Counted from the stretch's first letter, positions 41,205 to 56,700 are shown. The stretch is DNA of 64,000 nt from the human T2T-CHM13v2.0 reference genome, Homo sapiens (GCA_009914755.4 CP086569.2:2528001-2592000), one strand, 5' to 3'. Made by a program: numbers and translations. Notes: generated by a model from the sequence alone, not told the origin.

Positions 41205-42774
41205 CTAATATTCTATGTATATAACATTTTGCTTATCCAGGTATCTGTCAGTGGACATGTAGGTTGCTTCTACCTTCCAACTTTTGTGAATAAAGCTATT
41301 ATGAATGTGGGTATACAAGTATCTCTTGAAGACCCTGTTTTCAATGATTTTGATATATACCCAGGAATAGAACTGATGGATTGTATGGTAATTGTATTAG
41401 CTGCTTTCAGTATTATCTGCCCACATATTTTGGTAGGTTGTGTTTTCATTTTCTTTTTGTCTCAAGATATTTTGTAATTTCTCATGATTTCTTCTATGAT
41501 TTATTCATTGGCTAAGTGTATTGTTTAATTTCCACATATTTGTAGATTCTCTAATAGTTGTCCTTCTATTGTTTTTTTGTTGTTGTTTTCATCCCATCAT
41601 GATCAGAAATAAAATCGGAAATTGTGCAATTTCCATCATTTTAAATTTATGAAAGTGTGATTTGTGGTCTGATTCATGGTGTGTACTGGAAAATGTTTCA
41701 TTTACACTTGGAAAAATGTATATAATCCTGTTATATGTCGGGTGGAGACTTACATAAGTCTTTTAGATCCATTTGGTGTTCAGTGTTGTTCATGATCCTA
41801 TTTCCTTATTGATCTTTTGTCTGAATGTTGTACCTGTTACTGAAAGTTATAGAAGTCTCTTATTGTAGCGCTATTTATCACTTTGATTCTGTCAATGTTT
41901 GCTTTGTGTATTTTAGAACTCGGATGTTTGATGCATGTTTGTAATTCTTATATCTTTGTGGCAAATTGATCTCTTTATCATAATATAATATCTTTCTTTT
42001 TGCCTTGTAAGAGTTTTTATGCTAACATCCATTTTATGCGATAGCAGAATAGTTGTCCTCTTCTCTTTTGGTTACTGTTTGAATGAAATGCCTTTTTCTG
42101 TTCTTTCATTTTCAACCTTTGTGTGCTTTTGCATCTAAAGTTAGTCTCTTTTAGAAAGTATGTAGTTTTTTCTTGATTTTTAATCTCTTTAGTAATTCTT
42201 TTCATTAGAAAGTTTACACAGTTAACGTAATTACTCTTCTGAAGAATGTATGATTGCTGTTTTATTATTTGAGTTGTGTAAACAGATTGAATATTCCATA
42301 TTCAAAATGCTTGGGTCCAGAATGGTATTAGATTTCAAAAATTTTTTTGATATTAGAATATTTCTGTTGTAGTTAATGCTTGACCATCCTAATTCAAAAT
42401 TTGAAATACTCCAGTAAGCATATTTGAGCATCATGTCGGCACTCAAAAAGTTCTAGATTGTACAGATTTTGAGTTTTGGATTTTTTTATTAGGGATATTT
42501 CATCTGTATTGTACACATTTTTTGCTCCTCATTTTTCTCCCCTCTCTTACTCTCTGGTTTAGCTCATTTTTTGTAGTGACTTTCAATTTCTCTATCACTT
42601 CCTTTTATTATATTCTACAGATACTTCTTTCTAGTTATGAGCTTTACATACATCTTAAAAGTTAATAACAGCTTGTTTTATTTTTTAAGTTTTACTTACT
42701 TTTAGTACAAGTTTACTTTTAGTGTTTAGTTTTTCTGTTTTTATTTATTTTATTTTATTTTTTAATCTTTAAAA

Positions 42775-42936
42775 ATGAGGTCTCACTTGATGAGGTCTTA
42801 CTCAGTGCCCAGGGTGGAGTGCAGCTTGTGCAATCATGACTTACTGTAATTTCTACTTTCCAGACTGAGGAGATCCTCCCACCTTGGCCTGCAAAGTGCT
42901 GGGTTTGTAAGATGTGTCATTGCGCCCAGCCCTAAC
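42775..42936 (-). mobile_element. Partial old Alu nested in L1
   Basis: gaggtctcacttgatgaggtcttactcagtgcccagggtggagtgcagc...cctcccaccttggcctgcaaagtgctgggtttgtaagatgtgtcattgcgcccagcc. Confidence 0.6.
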
Positions 42937-43079
42937 AACTTATTTTAAACTTTTTTTATAGCTTGCTGCTCCCCCTTATTATTAAGGTCTCAAATTTTAT
43001 ATCCTTATCTATTGTATACCTGTTAACATAGATTTATAATTCATACTTTGTCTTTTAAATACTATAGAAAATGAAAAGT

Positions 43080-43362
43080 GGGCTGGGTGCCGTGGCTCAG
43101 GCCTGTAATCGCAGCACTTTGGGAGGCCGAGGTGGATGAATCATGAGATGAGGAGATCGAGACCATCCTGGCTAACACGGTGAAATCCCATCTCTATTAA
43201 AAATACAAAAAAAATTAGCCGGGCGTGGTGGCGGGTGCCTGTAGTCCCAGCTACTCGGGAGGCTGAGGCAGGAGAATGGCGTGAACCTGGGAGGTGGAGC
43301 TTACAGTGACAGAGCACTCCAGTCTGGGTGACCAGAGCGAGACTCCGTCTCAAAAAAAAAAA
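43080..43362 (+). mobile_element. Alu SINE nested in L1, 15-bp TSD agaaaatgaaaagtg
   Basis: Forward Alu. The identical 15-mer is at 43066-43080 and 43363-43377. Confidence 0.9.
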
Positions 43363-43837
43363 GAAAATGAAAAGTGGAATTATGAATCAAAATTCCAATA
43401 ATACTGTTTCTGATGTTTGTGCATTTACTTTTACCAGAGAACTTGTAATTTTCATATGACTCCAGGTTATTATCCAGCATCCTTTTGTTTTAACTTGAAG
43501 ACTTTCTTTTGATATCTTATAGGACAGCTGTAGTGGGAATGAACCTTCTTCAGTTTTTATCTCGGAAAGTCTTTATCTTTCATTTTTGAGAATATCTTTC
43601 ATTTTTGAGAATAACTTTGCTACATACTGAATTCTCAGTTTTTTTTTTTCTTTCAGCACTTAAAATAGTTTACCCTACTGCCTTCTGGTTTGCAAAGTTT
43701 CTCCTGAGAAATCTGCTGGTAATCCCTTTGTTTTGTTTTTGGTGTTAATAATCTTATTGAGAATTCTTTGTATATGATGAATCACTTTTCTTTTGACGCT
43801 TTCAAGATTTTCTGTATCTGTGATTTTCTTTCTTTTT

Positions 43838-43975
43838 TCTTTTCTTTCTTTCTTTTTTTTTTTTTTTTAAGACAGGGTGTCTCTCTGTTGCCCAGTCTGG
43901 ACTGGAACTCTTGGCTCAATTGATCCTCCTATCTCAGCCTATTGACTAGCTGGGAATACAGGCATGTGTCATCAC
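43838..43975 (-). mobile_element. Partial Alu nested in L1
   Basis: Poly-T + aagacagggtgtctctctgttgcccagtctggactggaactcttggctcaattgatcctcctatctcagcc... Confidence 0.6.
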
Positions 43976-44628
43976 ATTCAGTTCCTTGTTTATAACTTTA
44001 GATGTGATTATAATATTTCTCTGAGTGGGTCTCTTTGGGTTTTTCATACTTTCATTTCTTTGAGTGCTTGTATTTGTATATCTTTGTCTTCATATTTGGG
44101 AAGTTTGTGGGTATTATTTATTCAAAGAAGTCCTGTAATCCTTATTTTGTATCTCCTCCTTTAGGGACTTTCATAATGTATATATTGGATTGCTTGATGC
44201 TATCCATAAATCTTATAGGCTTTGTTCACTTGTCTTCATTCTTTTCTCTTTTGGTTCCTCAGCTTGATAATTTCAAATAATCTTTCTTTAGGTTTGCTGA
44301 ATCTTTTTCTTCAGGTTTGTTTAACCCTTCTAATAAATTTTTCAATGCTGTCATTATATTTTCAGCTCCAGAATATCTTTTTAGTTCTTTTTAAAAATTT
44401 GTCACTTTTTGTTTTTTGGGATTCACTTCTGTTTCTGTTCATATTCTCCCTTAGGTCTTTGAGAATATTTAAGACAATGTCTTACCAAGTAAGTCTGAGG
44501 CCTTACTTTTTCTTTAGGGTTGTTTTCTGGAGATTTATTTGCTTCATGTGAATGAGCCATGTTTCTCTGATTCTTTGTATCCTTTGAGATCTTTTGTTAT
44601 AAATTGAGCATTTAAAAAAAGCTGCCTT

Positions 44629-44973
<345 letters not shown>

Positions 44974-47829
44974 TTATGCAGACTAGCACTATGCAGGGAA
45001 TGACTTTCAGTAATCAGCCCAGAATGAAGGCTAATGGTTTTCTAAGGCTTTTTTTTTTTTTTCTAGACCTGTGGCTGACCTGAGATTGTATGTTTGCCTT
45101 ATTCCCCAGTTTTCTCACAATTGTGGCTGCTTTTAAATGTCTTTATTTCCCCCAGAGTCATACCCTTGCCGCTTCTTTAAAGCTCGCTGTTCTATTACGT
45201 TCCTGTTCCTGTAACTGGGGCCCCAGGATGCAGGATCTACTGTAGCTCTCAGGCTCTCAGTCCCAGGATTGTTGTGAGTAGCTTCCAACTGATATCCAAA
45301 CTATGCTGCAGTTTTTCTCAAAGGCTTTAAATCAGGCAAGGCACAAACTATTAATAGTGCTTTGGGCAGCCCTCAGACAAGCCAACACTTTGAAAATGAG
45401 TTTCACTCCTTTTCTTATGTCTTGAGGAGAGGAACTGGGAAAAGGTGTCACTGCACCAGACTGCATGTTGTAGATGGTGGGGCAAAAGCGAGCAAAAATG
45501 CCTTTCATGTTTCAGTTTTTAGTATTTCCAGGCTCAAAGGACTGTGGTACCAGTAGAAATTTCCTGCCATTATGAGTGTGCTTTTTCTTGAGTGAATACC
45601 TTGTTAGTTGTAGAAGATCCGTAACTACTTTCTAAATTTCCCACAGACTACTTTGGTCAGTATATTGTTGTTTACTTGGTATTTCTGTTGTGAGCACAAG
45701 GACTTACAGACTTCAAGTCTCCAACTCTTCTGATTTTTCTTCTTCTCTTATATTTTTACAATTGTAGCTTTTACCCATGTTAAAGTGAGTTTTGTTTTTC
45801 CTAAATGATTGGCCTGGTTATTGGCCAGAACAAACTTGAAGAACATAGCATAGTTTGCTCTGCTATTAAGACTAATATGCTTATGAAAAATATGATCTTC
45901 CAGTTCTTTACTTATTTTCATTTAAAGCTATTCTAATCTTTTCAGCTCCTGACAAGCTTAGGAAAGCATTTTTGCATTTTTAAAGGAGAAAAGAATATAT
46001 AATGAAATTTTTAAAAAATTAGGCTGAGTTGTTTTGTGTATTGTCATGGCTTCTTAAAGGGACTTAGAGTGCTCTTTATTGGCTGGTTTCTAATATCATA
46101 GGAATATCATAATGTTCCTAATGTGTAGAAATATTATGATAGAGGAAGATAAGCATATATATAGTGGCAACATTTTGCTGGCTTTCTTTCTTATATATGC
46201 TGACCAGAACTTATCTGAAGAGATAATACAGACCTTTATGTATACGAGGGCATATAATGAGAACAAATTTAAATTTAGAATTATGCAGGTTAAACCAGTT
46301 ATGTCATGATTGTGTGGCAATGCTGACCAAATGGATTTAAAATTTATGTCTTCATTTACATTCATTTTGCAATTTAATTGGATGGGGTCGGAACAGAAGA
46401 GGAATGACCATCAAGCCAAAAGTAGATGGTGACTGAAGAATCAAAATTAAATGTATTTTGATGAAGTCAGAATTTCTCTTAGCAACTTCGGGTTACATAC
46501 TTAAAGCAAAATTAGTTTTTTTTTTGGTGACAGAAATTCAACTTCTACTACTTAAATAGTAGAATCTAAAATAAATGTCAAACTTGGCATATTGGTGAAT
46601 TTAATCTACATTTTAGCATACTTTGATCATTGCTAAACATTTCCAGATTTGTAGATTCATGCAGTTTTGAAATGAAATTGCTTATTACAACTGGCCCTTG
46701 CCTTACCACAAATACCACTGGACCTAGTTGAAATGAAGTTTTTCTTTTTATTTTTTCATGATTCAGTTTTTAGTATGTCCAGGCTTGAAGGACTGTGGTA
46801 CCAGTAGAAACTGGGAAGACAAAAACTGTCTTTCAGAACTGGCTCCTGTTTTGCCCCATGTATGCTACCTTGCCTTATCTTTAAAATTTATGGTGAAAAT
46901 GAAATTAATAGGATCCAATTAATTTTTTTAATTTTGAGTTGGAGCATGAGCACTAATATACATAAAGAGACTTCCAGAACTCCCTTGACTCTATTCTTAG
47001 ATTGCAAAATTGGAAGGTGAAGACAGTTCTAGTCACCTTCTCCCTGATGCCCTACACTTATTTCTCATTGGTTACTCCTAAAATTCAACAGTCTTTTCTT
47101 ATTGGAAAATATGGTGACAAACACCAAATGCTTCTACATAAGTAATGAGGATCTTTCCAGTTCTTTTATATTTTGTCTTAACTAATTAATTGATAATCTT
47201 AGAAAACAGATTCTAATCCTAGCATTTGTTTCTGCTATGAAATAGCAAGTATTTGTCTTTTTTCTTAAAATAATCATGTGAAGTTATTAATGCTTGAAAA
47301 AATTGGAGCTTGTAGAAGGCAAGATCCTGATATTTTATTTTAAACAAATAATACCCCAAGTTAAGCAAATTATAGTTTTATTTAATGATTCATTTTTATT
47401 AGGCAACAAATAGTGAATGATTGTGAGTCTATTTATAATTGACTTTTTGATTAGCTAGTCAATAACTAGTGTTTAGAAAATTGGTAGTTTGGGATATTAT
47501 AGACTGAATGGCTCAAAAGGATCTTTTGAATTGTTGATTATATTGTGAAAAGAAGCTTGAGGATGGCATTAACATTTAAGCTCTTGGAGGCACAGGGACC
47601 ATAAATTTCTTTTAAGAGCAATTAGGTGTGGTTTTCCCCCTGGATAAATACATTAAGCCAAGCAGTTTTGCATATGATTTTACTGGTCTCACAGAGCCTT
47701 AGGAGTCATCCCATAAATGTCACATTAATTAGGATTCATATAATTTAAGCATTTCACAATGTACATCTATATCAGAACATGACATTTTACAATGCTTGTA
47801 AACTGTATCTTAATTAATTAATTAATTAA

Positions 47830-48126
<297 letters not shown>

Positions 48127-48505
48127 TCTTGTATCTTAATTTTTTAAAAATGAATTCCTATAATGCAACCTAACCCTGAAAATATGGCTACTAAAGCATT
48201 TATGGAACACTTACTTTATGCTTGCCACAAGGTACATCTACTCATTCTATGAATTCTCATATGAGAATGGAGTGAGTTGAGAGGTGATGATTTCGAAGTA
48301 CATGCAAATCATTTTTTCTTTAATATATTTTCTTGTTTGAAAAGATGCAAATGGTGAAAATAGTGCTTTGGAAGATATTTTCTTTATTTGTCATTGGTAG
48401 TTCATTCTGGTACAGGTACACCCAACCTTTGGGCTCTTACTGGTGACATGTAGAAGTGAGCCGAAGGGCCCAAACCAAAACTGTTACTATAGTTTAAATA
48501 AGAAG

Positions 48506-48643
48506 GCCAGGGGTGGTGGCTCAAGCCTATAATACCAGCAGTTTGAGAGGCTGAGGTAGGAGGGCTGCCTGAGGCTGGGAGTTTTAGACTGCCACAGCCA
48601 ACATACTGAGACTGCATTTCAATTAAAAACAAAAAAAGCAGCT
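48506..48643 (+). mobile_element. Alu left-monomer fragment
   Basis: ggccaggggtggtggctcaagcctataataccagcagtttgagaggctgaggtaggagggctgcctgag... followed by A-rich sequence. Confidence 0.6.
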
Positions 48644-48654
48644 TTGTTTTTTGG

Positions 48655-48870
48655 TTTTTGTTTTTGAAATTAGTCTCACTTTGTCACCCAGGCTGGAGTG
48701 CAATGTCACCATCTCAGCTCTCTGCATCCTTGACCTCTTGGGCATGTAGTTGGGATTATAGGCATGTGCCACCATACTCATTTCTGTATTTTTTGTAGAG
48801 AGGGGTTTTTCCATGTTGCCCTGGGTGGTCTTGAAATCCTGAACTTGTGGATTTCAGGATCGTGGTGGAC
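48655..48870 (-). mobile_element. Partial Alu, truncated where the L1 5' UTR begins
   Basis: Poly-T + gaaattagtctcactttgtcacccaggctggagtgcaatgtcaccatctcagctc ... gtagagaggggtttttccatgttgccctgggtggtcttgaaatcctgaac. Confidence 0.65.
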
Positions 48871-50095
48871 AGGAGGCAGGACTAGATTGCAGATCCGGAT
48901 AGAGCAGCATGCGGGGGCTTGCATTGTAAATTTTAGCTCCAGATTGACTGCAGGAACAAACCAGCAATCCCGAGAGGAACCACAGACCCTCTGAAGGAAG
49001 AAGACTGCCCCTGTAGGACCCAGGAGACACCCCAAATACTGTGAGTGTCCTAACAGTGGAAGTGGGAAAGAGAGACCCTCCTCTCCTGAACACACGCCCC
49101 CACTGGAGAAGCTGAAAGTCTGTTTGTGGGAGAGCAGTTTCTGACTTTACCTAGAGCTAAATCAAGTTAGAGAGCCAAGCCAAGCAAAATACAGGGATAG
49201 AGGAAGCAGCAGAAAGTCCATGGGAGCTCACTGGGTCCCCAAGCAACAAGTAGAAGAAAGAAATTCAGAGCTTGAAGACAAGGACTTCAAATTAACCCAA
49301 TCCAACAAAGACAAAGAAAAAAGGAGAAGAAAATATGAGCAAAGCCTCCAAGAAGTCTGGGATTATGTTAAACAGCCTAAGAACAATCAGTGTTCTTGAG
49401 GAAGAAGACAATTCTAAAAGCTTGGAAAACACATTTCAGGGAATAATCGAGGAAAACTTCCCCAGCCTTGCTAGAGACCTACACATGCAAATAAAAGAAG
49501 CACAAGGAATACTTGGAAAATTCATCACAAAAAAGTCTTCACCTAAGCACATTGCATCAGGTTATCCAAAGTTAAAATGAATGAAAGAATCTTAAAAGCT
49601 GTGAGACAGAAGCACCAGCTAACCTACAAGGGAAAAACTGTCAGATTAACAGCAGAATTCTCCACAGAAACCCTACAAGTTAGAAGGGCTTATAGGGTTT
49701 CTGCCTCCAATCTTCAGCCTCTTCAAACAAAACAATTATCAGCCAAGAACTTTGTATCCAGTGAAACTAAGCAACATATATGAAGGAAAGGTACAATCTT
49801 TTTCAGACAAACAAATGTGGAGATAATTAGCCATTACCAAGCCATTTCAATAATAACATTGAATGTAAATGGCCTAAATGCACCACTTAAAAGATACAGA
49901 ACTGCAGAATGGATATGAGCTCACCAATCATCTGCTGCCTTCAGGAAGATCATCTAACACATAAGGACTCACATAAACTTACAGGGGTGGAAAAAGTAAT
50001 TTCATGCAAATGGACAACAAAAGTGACCAGGGGTAGCTATTCTTATATTAGACAAAACAAACTTCAAAGCAACAGTGGTTAAAAGAGACAAAGAA

Positions 50096-50396
50096 GGGCC
50101 GGGCATGCTGGCTCATGCCTGTACTCCCAGCACTTCGGGAGGCGGAGGCAGGCTGATCACGAGGTCAGGAGTTTGAGACCGGCCTGGCCAACATAGTGAA
50201 ACCCCATCTCTACTAAAAATACAAAAAAAAAAATCAGCTGGGCGTGGTGGTGGGTGCCTGTAATTCCAGCTACTAGAGGCTGAGGCAGGAGAATCTCTTG
50301 AACTCGGGAGGCAGAGGCTGCAGTGAGCCGAGATCACGCCACTGCACTCTAGCCCGGGCAACAGTGCGAGACTCCGTCTCAAAGAAAAAAAAAAAG
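50096..50396 (+). mobile_element. Alu SINE nested in L1 ORF2 (endonuclease region)
   Basis: gggccgggcatgctggctcatgcctgtactcccagcacttcgggaggcggaggcaggctgatcacgaggtcagg... with an A-rich tail. L1 ORF2 reading resumes after it. Confidence 0.9.
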
Positions 50397-51842
50397 AAAC
50401 AAAGAGAGACATTATGTAATGGTAAAAAGCCTTGTCCAACAAGAAAATGTCACAATCCTAAACATATATGCACTGAACACTGGAGCTCTCAAATTTATAA
50501 AACAATTACTAATAGATCTAAGAAATGAGATAGACAGCAACACAATAGTAGTGGGGAACTTCAATACTCCACTGACAGCACCAGACAGGTCATCAAGACA
50601 GAAAATCAACAAAGAAACAATGGATTTAACTATGCCTTGGAATAAATGGACTTAATATATTTCATCCAACAGCTACTGAATACACATTCTATTCAAAAGC
50701 ACATGGAACTTTCTCCAAGATTAGACCATATGATAGACCATAAAAAGAGCCTTAATAAATTTAAGAAAATTGAAATTATATCAAGCACTCTTTCAAACTA
50801 TGGTGGAATAAAACTGGAAATCAGCTCCAAAAGGAAGCTTCAAAACAATGCAAATACATGGACACTAAATAACCTGTTCCTGAATGAACATTGGGTCAAA
50901 AAAAATGAAGGTGGAAATTAAAAAATTCTTCGAACTGAATGACAGTAATGACAAAATCTATCAAAACCTCTGAGATATAGCTAAGGTGGTGTTAAGAGGA
51001 AAGTTGATAGCTCTAAATGCTGACATCAAAAAGTCTGAAAGAGCACAAATTGACATTCTAAGGTCACATCCCAAGGAACTAGAGAAACAAGAACAAACCA
51101 AACCAAAACCCAGCAGAAGAAAGGAAATAACCAAGATAAGAGCAGAAATAAATTGAAACAAAGAAAAAAAAGATACAAAAGATAAATAAAACAAAAAGCA
51201 GGATCTTGGAAAAGATAAGTAAAATTGATAGACCATAAACAAGATTAATCAAGAAAAGAATAGACAAAATCCAAATAACCTCACTGTGAAACAAAACAGG
51301 AGATATTACAACTGACACCACTGAAATAAAAAAGATCATTCAAGGCTATTATGAACACCCTTACACATATAAACTAGAAAACCTAAAAGAGATGCATAAA
51401 TTCCTGGAAAAATATAACCCTCCTAGCTTAAATCAGGACCCTTAAATTTGATACCCTGAACAGACCAACAACCAGCAAGGTTGAAACAGTAATTTAAAAA
51501 TTACCAACCAAAAAAAGTCCAAGACCAGACAAATTCATAGCAGAATTCTACCAGACATTCAAAGAAGAATCAGTACAATTCCTTTTGACACTATTCCACA
51601 AGATAGAGAAAGAAGAAACCCTCCCCAATTCATTAATTGAAGCCAGCATCATCCTAATACCAAAATCAGAAAAGGATACAACCAAAAAAGAAAACTACAG
51701 ACTGATATCCTTGATGAACATAGATGCCAAAATCCTTAACAAAATACTAGCTAACTGAAACCAACAACATAGCAAAAAATAATCCACCATGATCAAGTGG
51801 GTTTCATACCAGGGATGCAGAGATGGTTTAACATACACAAGT

Positions 51843-52478
51843 GAGTAAGTGTGATACTAAGGCAAGATATTAAAGAAAAATAAAATTAAAAAGAAAGGGA
51901 AATAAGTTTTCCTGCATTAGGCTGATTTGTCCCAGAGGCAGCAACAGGCACAGCCCAGACCCAGGAAAAGTCTTGATAATATTACCTAATGTGCTCTGGA
52001 GACTCTCCAGCACTCCCTCAACATAGGGAGAAGAAAAACAAATTTTCCTTTGTTTTATGGAATGAGTTTATAGATCCTTGTTCTCTGTAACTAGTGACTT
52101 CAAGTATTCTGTTTATCTAAAAAGTACAACGGAGGTCATGAGAAGCCTGAGTAGGCCTGAACTACAGCTGCCTGGGCACCACAGTGAAGGTTATAGGATA
52201 AGCCCATGCCCAGACAAACCTAGATAATGGACATCTGGGTTGCTTGGCAATGGTCATGTGCAGTCCTGTCTTTGTCCTGCCTCTGAACCCCTGCTTTTAT
52301 GCCACTGTAAGCTTCCTTCAAGCTAGCCCGCCCCCTTTTGTGAAGTGTATATAAAAGTCAGATGCTGTCTTTGTGCTGGGCCCAGTCTTGGGATGTGAGT
52401 CAGCTGGACCTGAGTGCACTCAATAAAGATCCTGCTGTTTTAACCCAAGGTCTCTTTCATTCTCCTGAATCCTGCAAA
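51843..52478 (+). mobile_element. Solo LTR (ERV class I-like, family unassigned) nested in L1 ORF2
   Basis: It interrupts L1 between ...cacaagtgag and aaaatacaccacataaacagaattaaaaacaaaaatcacatgatcatctc (L1 ORF2 resumes). The insert starts TG, ends ...tcctgaatcctgCA, and contains tataaaagtcagatgc (TATA-like) and cactcAATAAAgatcctgctgtttta (poly(A) signal) in LTR-typical order. Confidence 0.55.
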
Positions 52479-53380
52479 AATACACCACATAAACAGAATT
52501 AAAAACAAAAATCACATGATCATCTCAATGGGTGCAGAAAAAAGATTTGACAAAATCTGGCATCCCTCTATGATTAAAACCCTCTGCAACATTGACAAAC
52601 AAGGGACATAGCTTAATGTAATAAAAGCTACCTATGACAAACCCACAACCAATATAATACCTAATGGGGAAAAGTTGAAAGTATTCCCTCTGAGAACAGG
52701 AACCCAAGACAAGGATGCCCACTCTCACCACTTCTCTTCAACATAGTACTGGAAGTCCTAGCCAGAGCAATCAGACAAGAGAAAGAAAGAAAGGGGATCC
52801 AAATTGGTAAAGAGGAAGTCAAATTGTCCCTGTTTGCTGATGATATGATCATTTACCTTGAAAACCTTAAGGACTCCTCCAGAAAGCTCCTACAACTGAT
52901 AAAATAATTCTGCAAAGTTTCTGGATACAAGATTAATGTACACAAATCAGTAGCTCTTCTATACACCAACAGCGAAGAAGCAGAGAATGAAATCAAGAAC
53001 TCAACTCCTTTTACAATAGCTGCAAAAAAATTAAGATACTTAAGATATACCTAACCAAGGATTCAAAAAAACCAAGGAAAACTACAAAACACTGCTAAAA
53101 GAAATCATAGACAACATAAATAAATGGAAATATATCCCATGCTTATGGATGGATAGAATTAATATTGTGAAAATGACCACACTGCCAAAAGCAATCTACA
53201 AATTCAACAAAATCCCCATCAAAATATGACCACCATTCTTCACAGAGTTAGAAAAAACAATTCTAAAACTCTTATGGAATTGAAAAAGAACCTGCATAGC
53301 CAAAGCAACACTAAGCAAAAACAAAAAATCTAGAGGCATCACACTACCTGATTTCAAACTATACTATAAGGTCATAGTTG

Positions 53381-53773
<393 letters not shown>

Positions 53774-54717
53774 TTACAGCCAACTGATTTTCAACAAAGC
53801 AAACAAAACACAAAGTGGGGAATGGACACTCTTTTCAACAAATGGTTCTGGGATAATTGGCTAGCCACATGTAGGAGAATGAAACTGGATCCTCATCTCT
53901 CACCTTATACAAAAATCAACTGAAGATGGATTAAGAACTTAATTCTAAGACCTAAAACTATAAAATTTCTACAAGATAACATTGGAAAAACCTTCTAGAC
54001 ATTGGCTTAGGCAAGGATTTCATGGCCAAGAACCCAAAAGGAGATGCAATAAAAACACAGATAAATAGCTAAGACCTAATTAAACTAAAGAGCTTTTGCA
54101 CAGCAAAAGGAATAGTCAGAAAAGTAAACAAATAACTGACAGAGTGGGAGAAAATCATCACAATCTATACATCTGACAAAATACTAATATCCAGAATCTA
54201 CCACAAACTTAAACAAATTAGTAAGAAAAAAACAATCCCATCAAAAAGTGGGTTAAGGACATGGATAGACAATTCTCAAAAGAAGATATACAAATGGCCA
54301 AAAAACATATGAAAAAATTCTCACCATCACTAATGATCAGGGAAATGCAAATCAAAACCACAATGCAATACCACCTTACTCCTGCAAGAATGGCTATAAT
54401 CAAAAATGAAAAAAACTGTACTTGTCGTGGATGCAGTAATCAGGGAACACTTCTACCGTGCTGGTGGGAATGTAAACTAGTACAGCAGCTATGGAAAACA
54501 GTGTGGACATTCATTAAAGAACTAAAAGGAGAACTACCATTTGATCCAGCAATCCCACTACTGAGATCCACCCAGAGAAAAAGAAGTCATTATTTGTTTA
54601 TTCAGAAAAGACAGTTACACATGCATGTTTATAACAGCACAATTCACAATTGCAAAATCGTGGTACCAATCCAAATATGCCCATTAATCAATGAGTGTAT
54701 AAAGAAACTGTGGTATA

Positions 54718-55010
54718 GGCTGGGTGCAGTGGCTCACACCTGTAATCCTAGCACTTTGGGAGGGCCGAGACAGGCAGTTTGCCTGAGCTCAGTAGTTTGA
54801 GACCAGCCTGAATAACATGGTCAAACCCCATCTCTACTAAAAAAAAAAAAAAAAAAATTGTGGGACATGATGATGGGCACCTGCTACTCAGGAGGCTGAG
54901 GCAGAAGAATTGCTTGAACCTGGGAGATGGAAGTTACAGTGAGCAGAGATCGAGCCACCGCACTTCAGCCTGGGTGACACAGCGAGACTCCATCTCCAAA
55001 AAAAAAAAGA
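54718..55010 (+). mobile_element. Alu SINE nested near the L1 ORF2 3' end, TSD aaa(g/a)gaaactgtggta
   Basis: ggctgggtgcagtggctcacacctgtaatcctagcactttgggagggccgagacaggcag...; the flanking L1 sequence is duplicated. Confidence 0.9.
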
Positions 55011-55750
55011 AAAGGAAACTGTGGTAGATATGTATACACACAAAAAGGAATGAATTAACAGCATTTGCAGTGACCTGGATGAGATTGGAGACTATTACTC
55101 TAAGTGAAGTAACTCAGCAATGGAAAACCAAATATTGTATGTTCTCACTGATATGTGGAAGCTAAGCTATGAGGACACGAAGGCATAAGAATGACACAAT
55201 GGACTTTGGAGGCTTGCGGGGAAGAGTGGGAGGGGAGTGAGGGATAAACACTACAAATAGGGTGGAGTCTGTACTGCTTGGGTGACGGGTGCACAAAATC
55301 TCATAAATCACCACTAAAGAACTCACTTATGTAACCAAATACCACCTATACCCCAATAACTTATGGAAAAATAAAACATTAAAACACAATCATCATAGCT
55401 CCTCATAGCTCCTTTGTGCCAATGTGAATCAATGCAATCAATTATTACATTGATTCTAACTTGTCCTAAAAAGCCAGAGCAACATGAGGATGTCTGTTGG
55501 GTCCCTTATGGCTTATGGAGGGGGAAATTTCTGAGCCATTTTACAGACTCACAGATGGATTTCCAGGTACTTCCTAGCTGACCAAAATAGTGCACAGGAA
55601 TCTAGGCCAGGATTATGTGAGTTGGTGGAGTCATTGCTTGTGCTAAGCACTATGACAAATATTCATAGATGAACAAAGTTACTAGAAACAATAATGATAC
55701 CAATTTGTAATAGGGATCTGATCCAGAAACTTACCTTTTCTGGTAACTAA

Positions 55751-56108
<358 letters not shown>

Positions 56109-56124
56109 TCCTTCTCCTTATTTT

Positions 56125-56275
56125 TTCTTGACATGGTCTCACTCTGTTGCCCATCACTCTGTTGCAGTGGTGCCATCATGGCTCACTGCAGCCTCAACCT
56201 CCTGGGCTCAAGCCATCTTCCCACCTCAGCCTCCTGACTGACTGGGCCTGCAGGCAGGTGTGCCTAGGTGATTTT
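56125..56275 (-). mobile_element. Partial old Alu
   Basis: gacatggtctcactctgttgcccatcactctgttgcagtggtgccatcatggctcactgcagcctcaacctcctgggctcaagcc... Confidence 0.6.
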
Positions 56276-56276
56276 T

Positions 56277-56570
56277 TTTTTTTTTCTTCAAGATGGAGTT
56301 TCACTCTTATTGCCCAGGTTGGAGTTACAATGGCGCGATCTCGGCTCACTGCAACCTCCGCTTCCCAGGGTCAAGCAATTCTCCTGCCTCAGCTTCCCAA
56401 GTAGTTGAGATTATAGGCACACACCACCATGCTTAGCTAATTTTGTATTTTTAGTAGAGATGGGGTTTCACCATGCTGGTCAGGCTGGTCTTGAACTCCT
56501 GACCTGAGGTGAGCCGCCCACCTTGGCCTCCCAAAGTGCTAGAATTACAGGCATGAGCTACTATGCCTAC
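56277..56570 (-). mobile_element. Alu SINE
   Basis: Poly-T + caagatggagtttcactcttattgcccaggttggagttacaatggcgcgatctcggctcactgcaacctccgc ... gaattacaggcatgagctactatgcc. Confidence 0.9.
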
Positions 56571-56571
56571 T

Positions 56572-56700
56572 TATTTTTGTAGTTTTTAAGAGGCAGTGCC
56601 CCACTATGTTGCTCAGGCTAGTCTCAAACTCCTTGACTCAAGCACTCCTCCCACCTCAGTGACCCAAAGTGCTAGGATTACAGGCATGAGCAACAGGCAT
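56572..56700 (-). mobile_element. Partial Alu (left arm)
   Basis: gtagtttttaagaggcagtgccccactatgttgctcaggctagtctcaaactccttgactcaagc...gctaggattacaggcatgagcaacaggcatgg. Confidence 0.65.

Noticed and set aside
54261-54800. 179-aa plus-strand ORF ([19 protein letters not shown]...)
   Set aside because: It is the C-terminal part of L1 ORF2 ([50 protein letters not shown] pattern), inside a dead L1. It is not a host gene.
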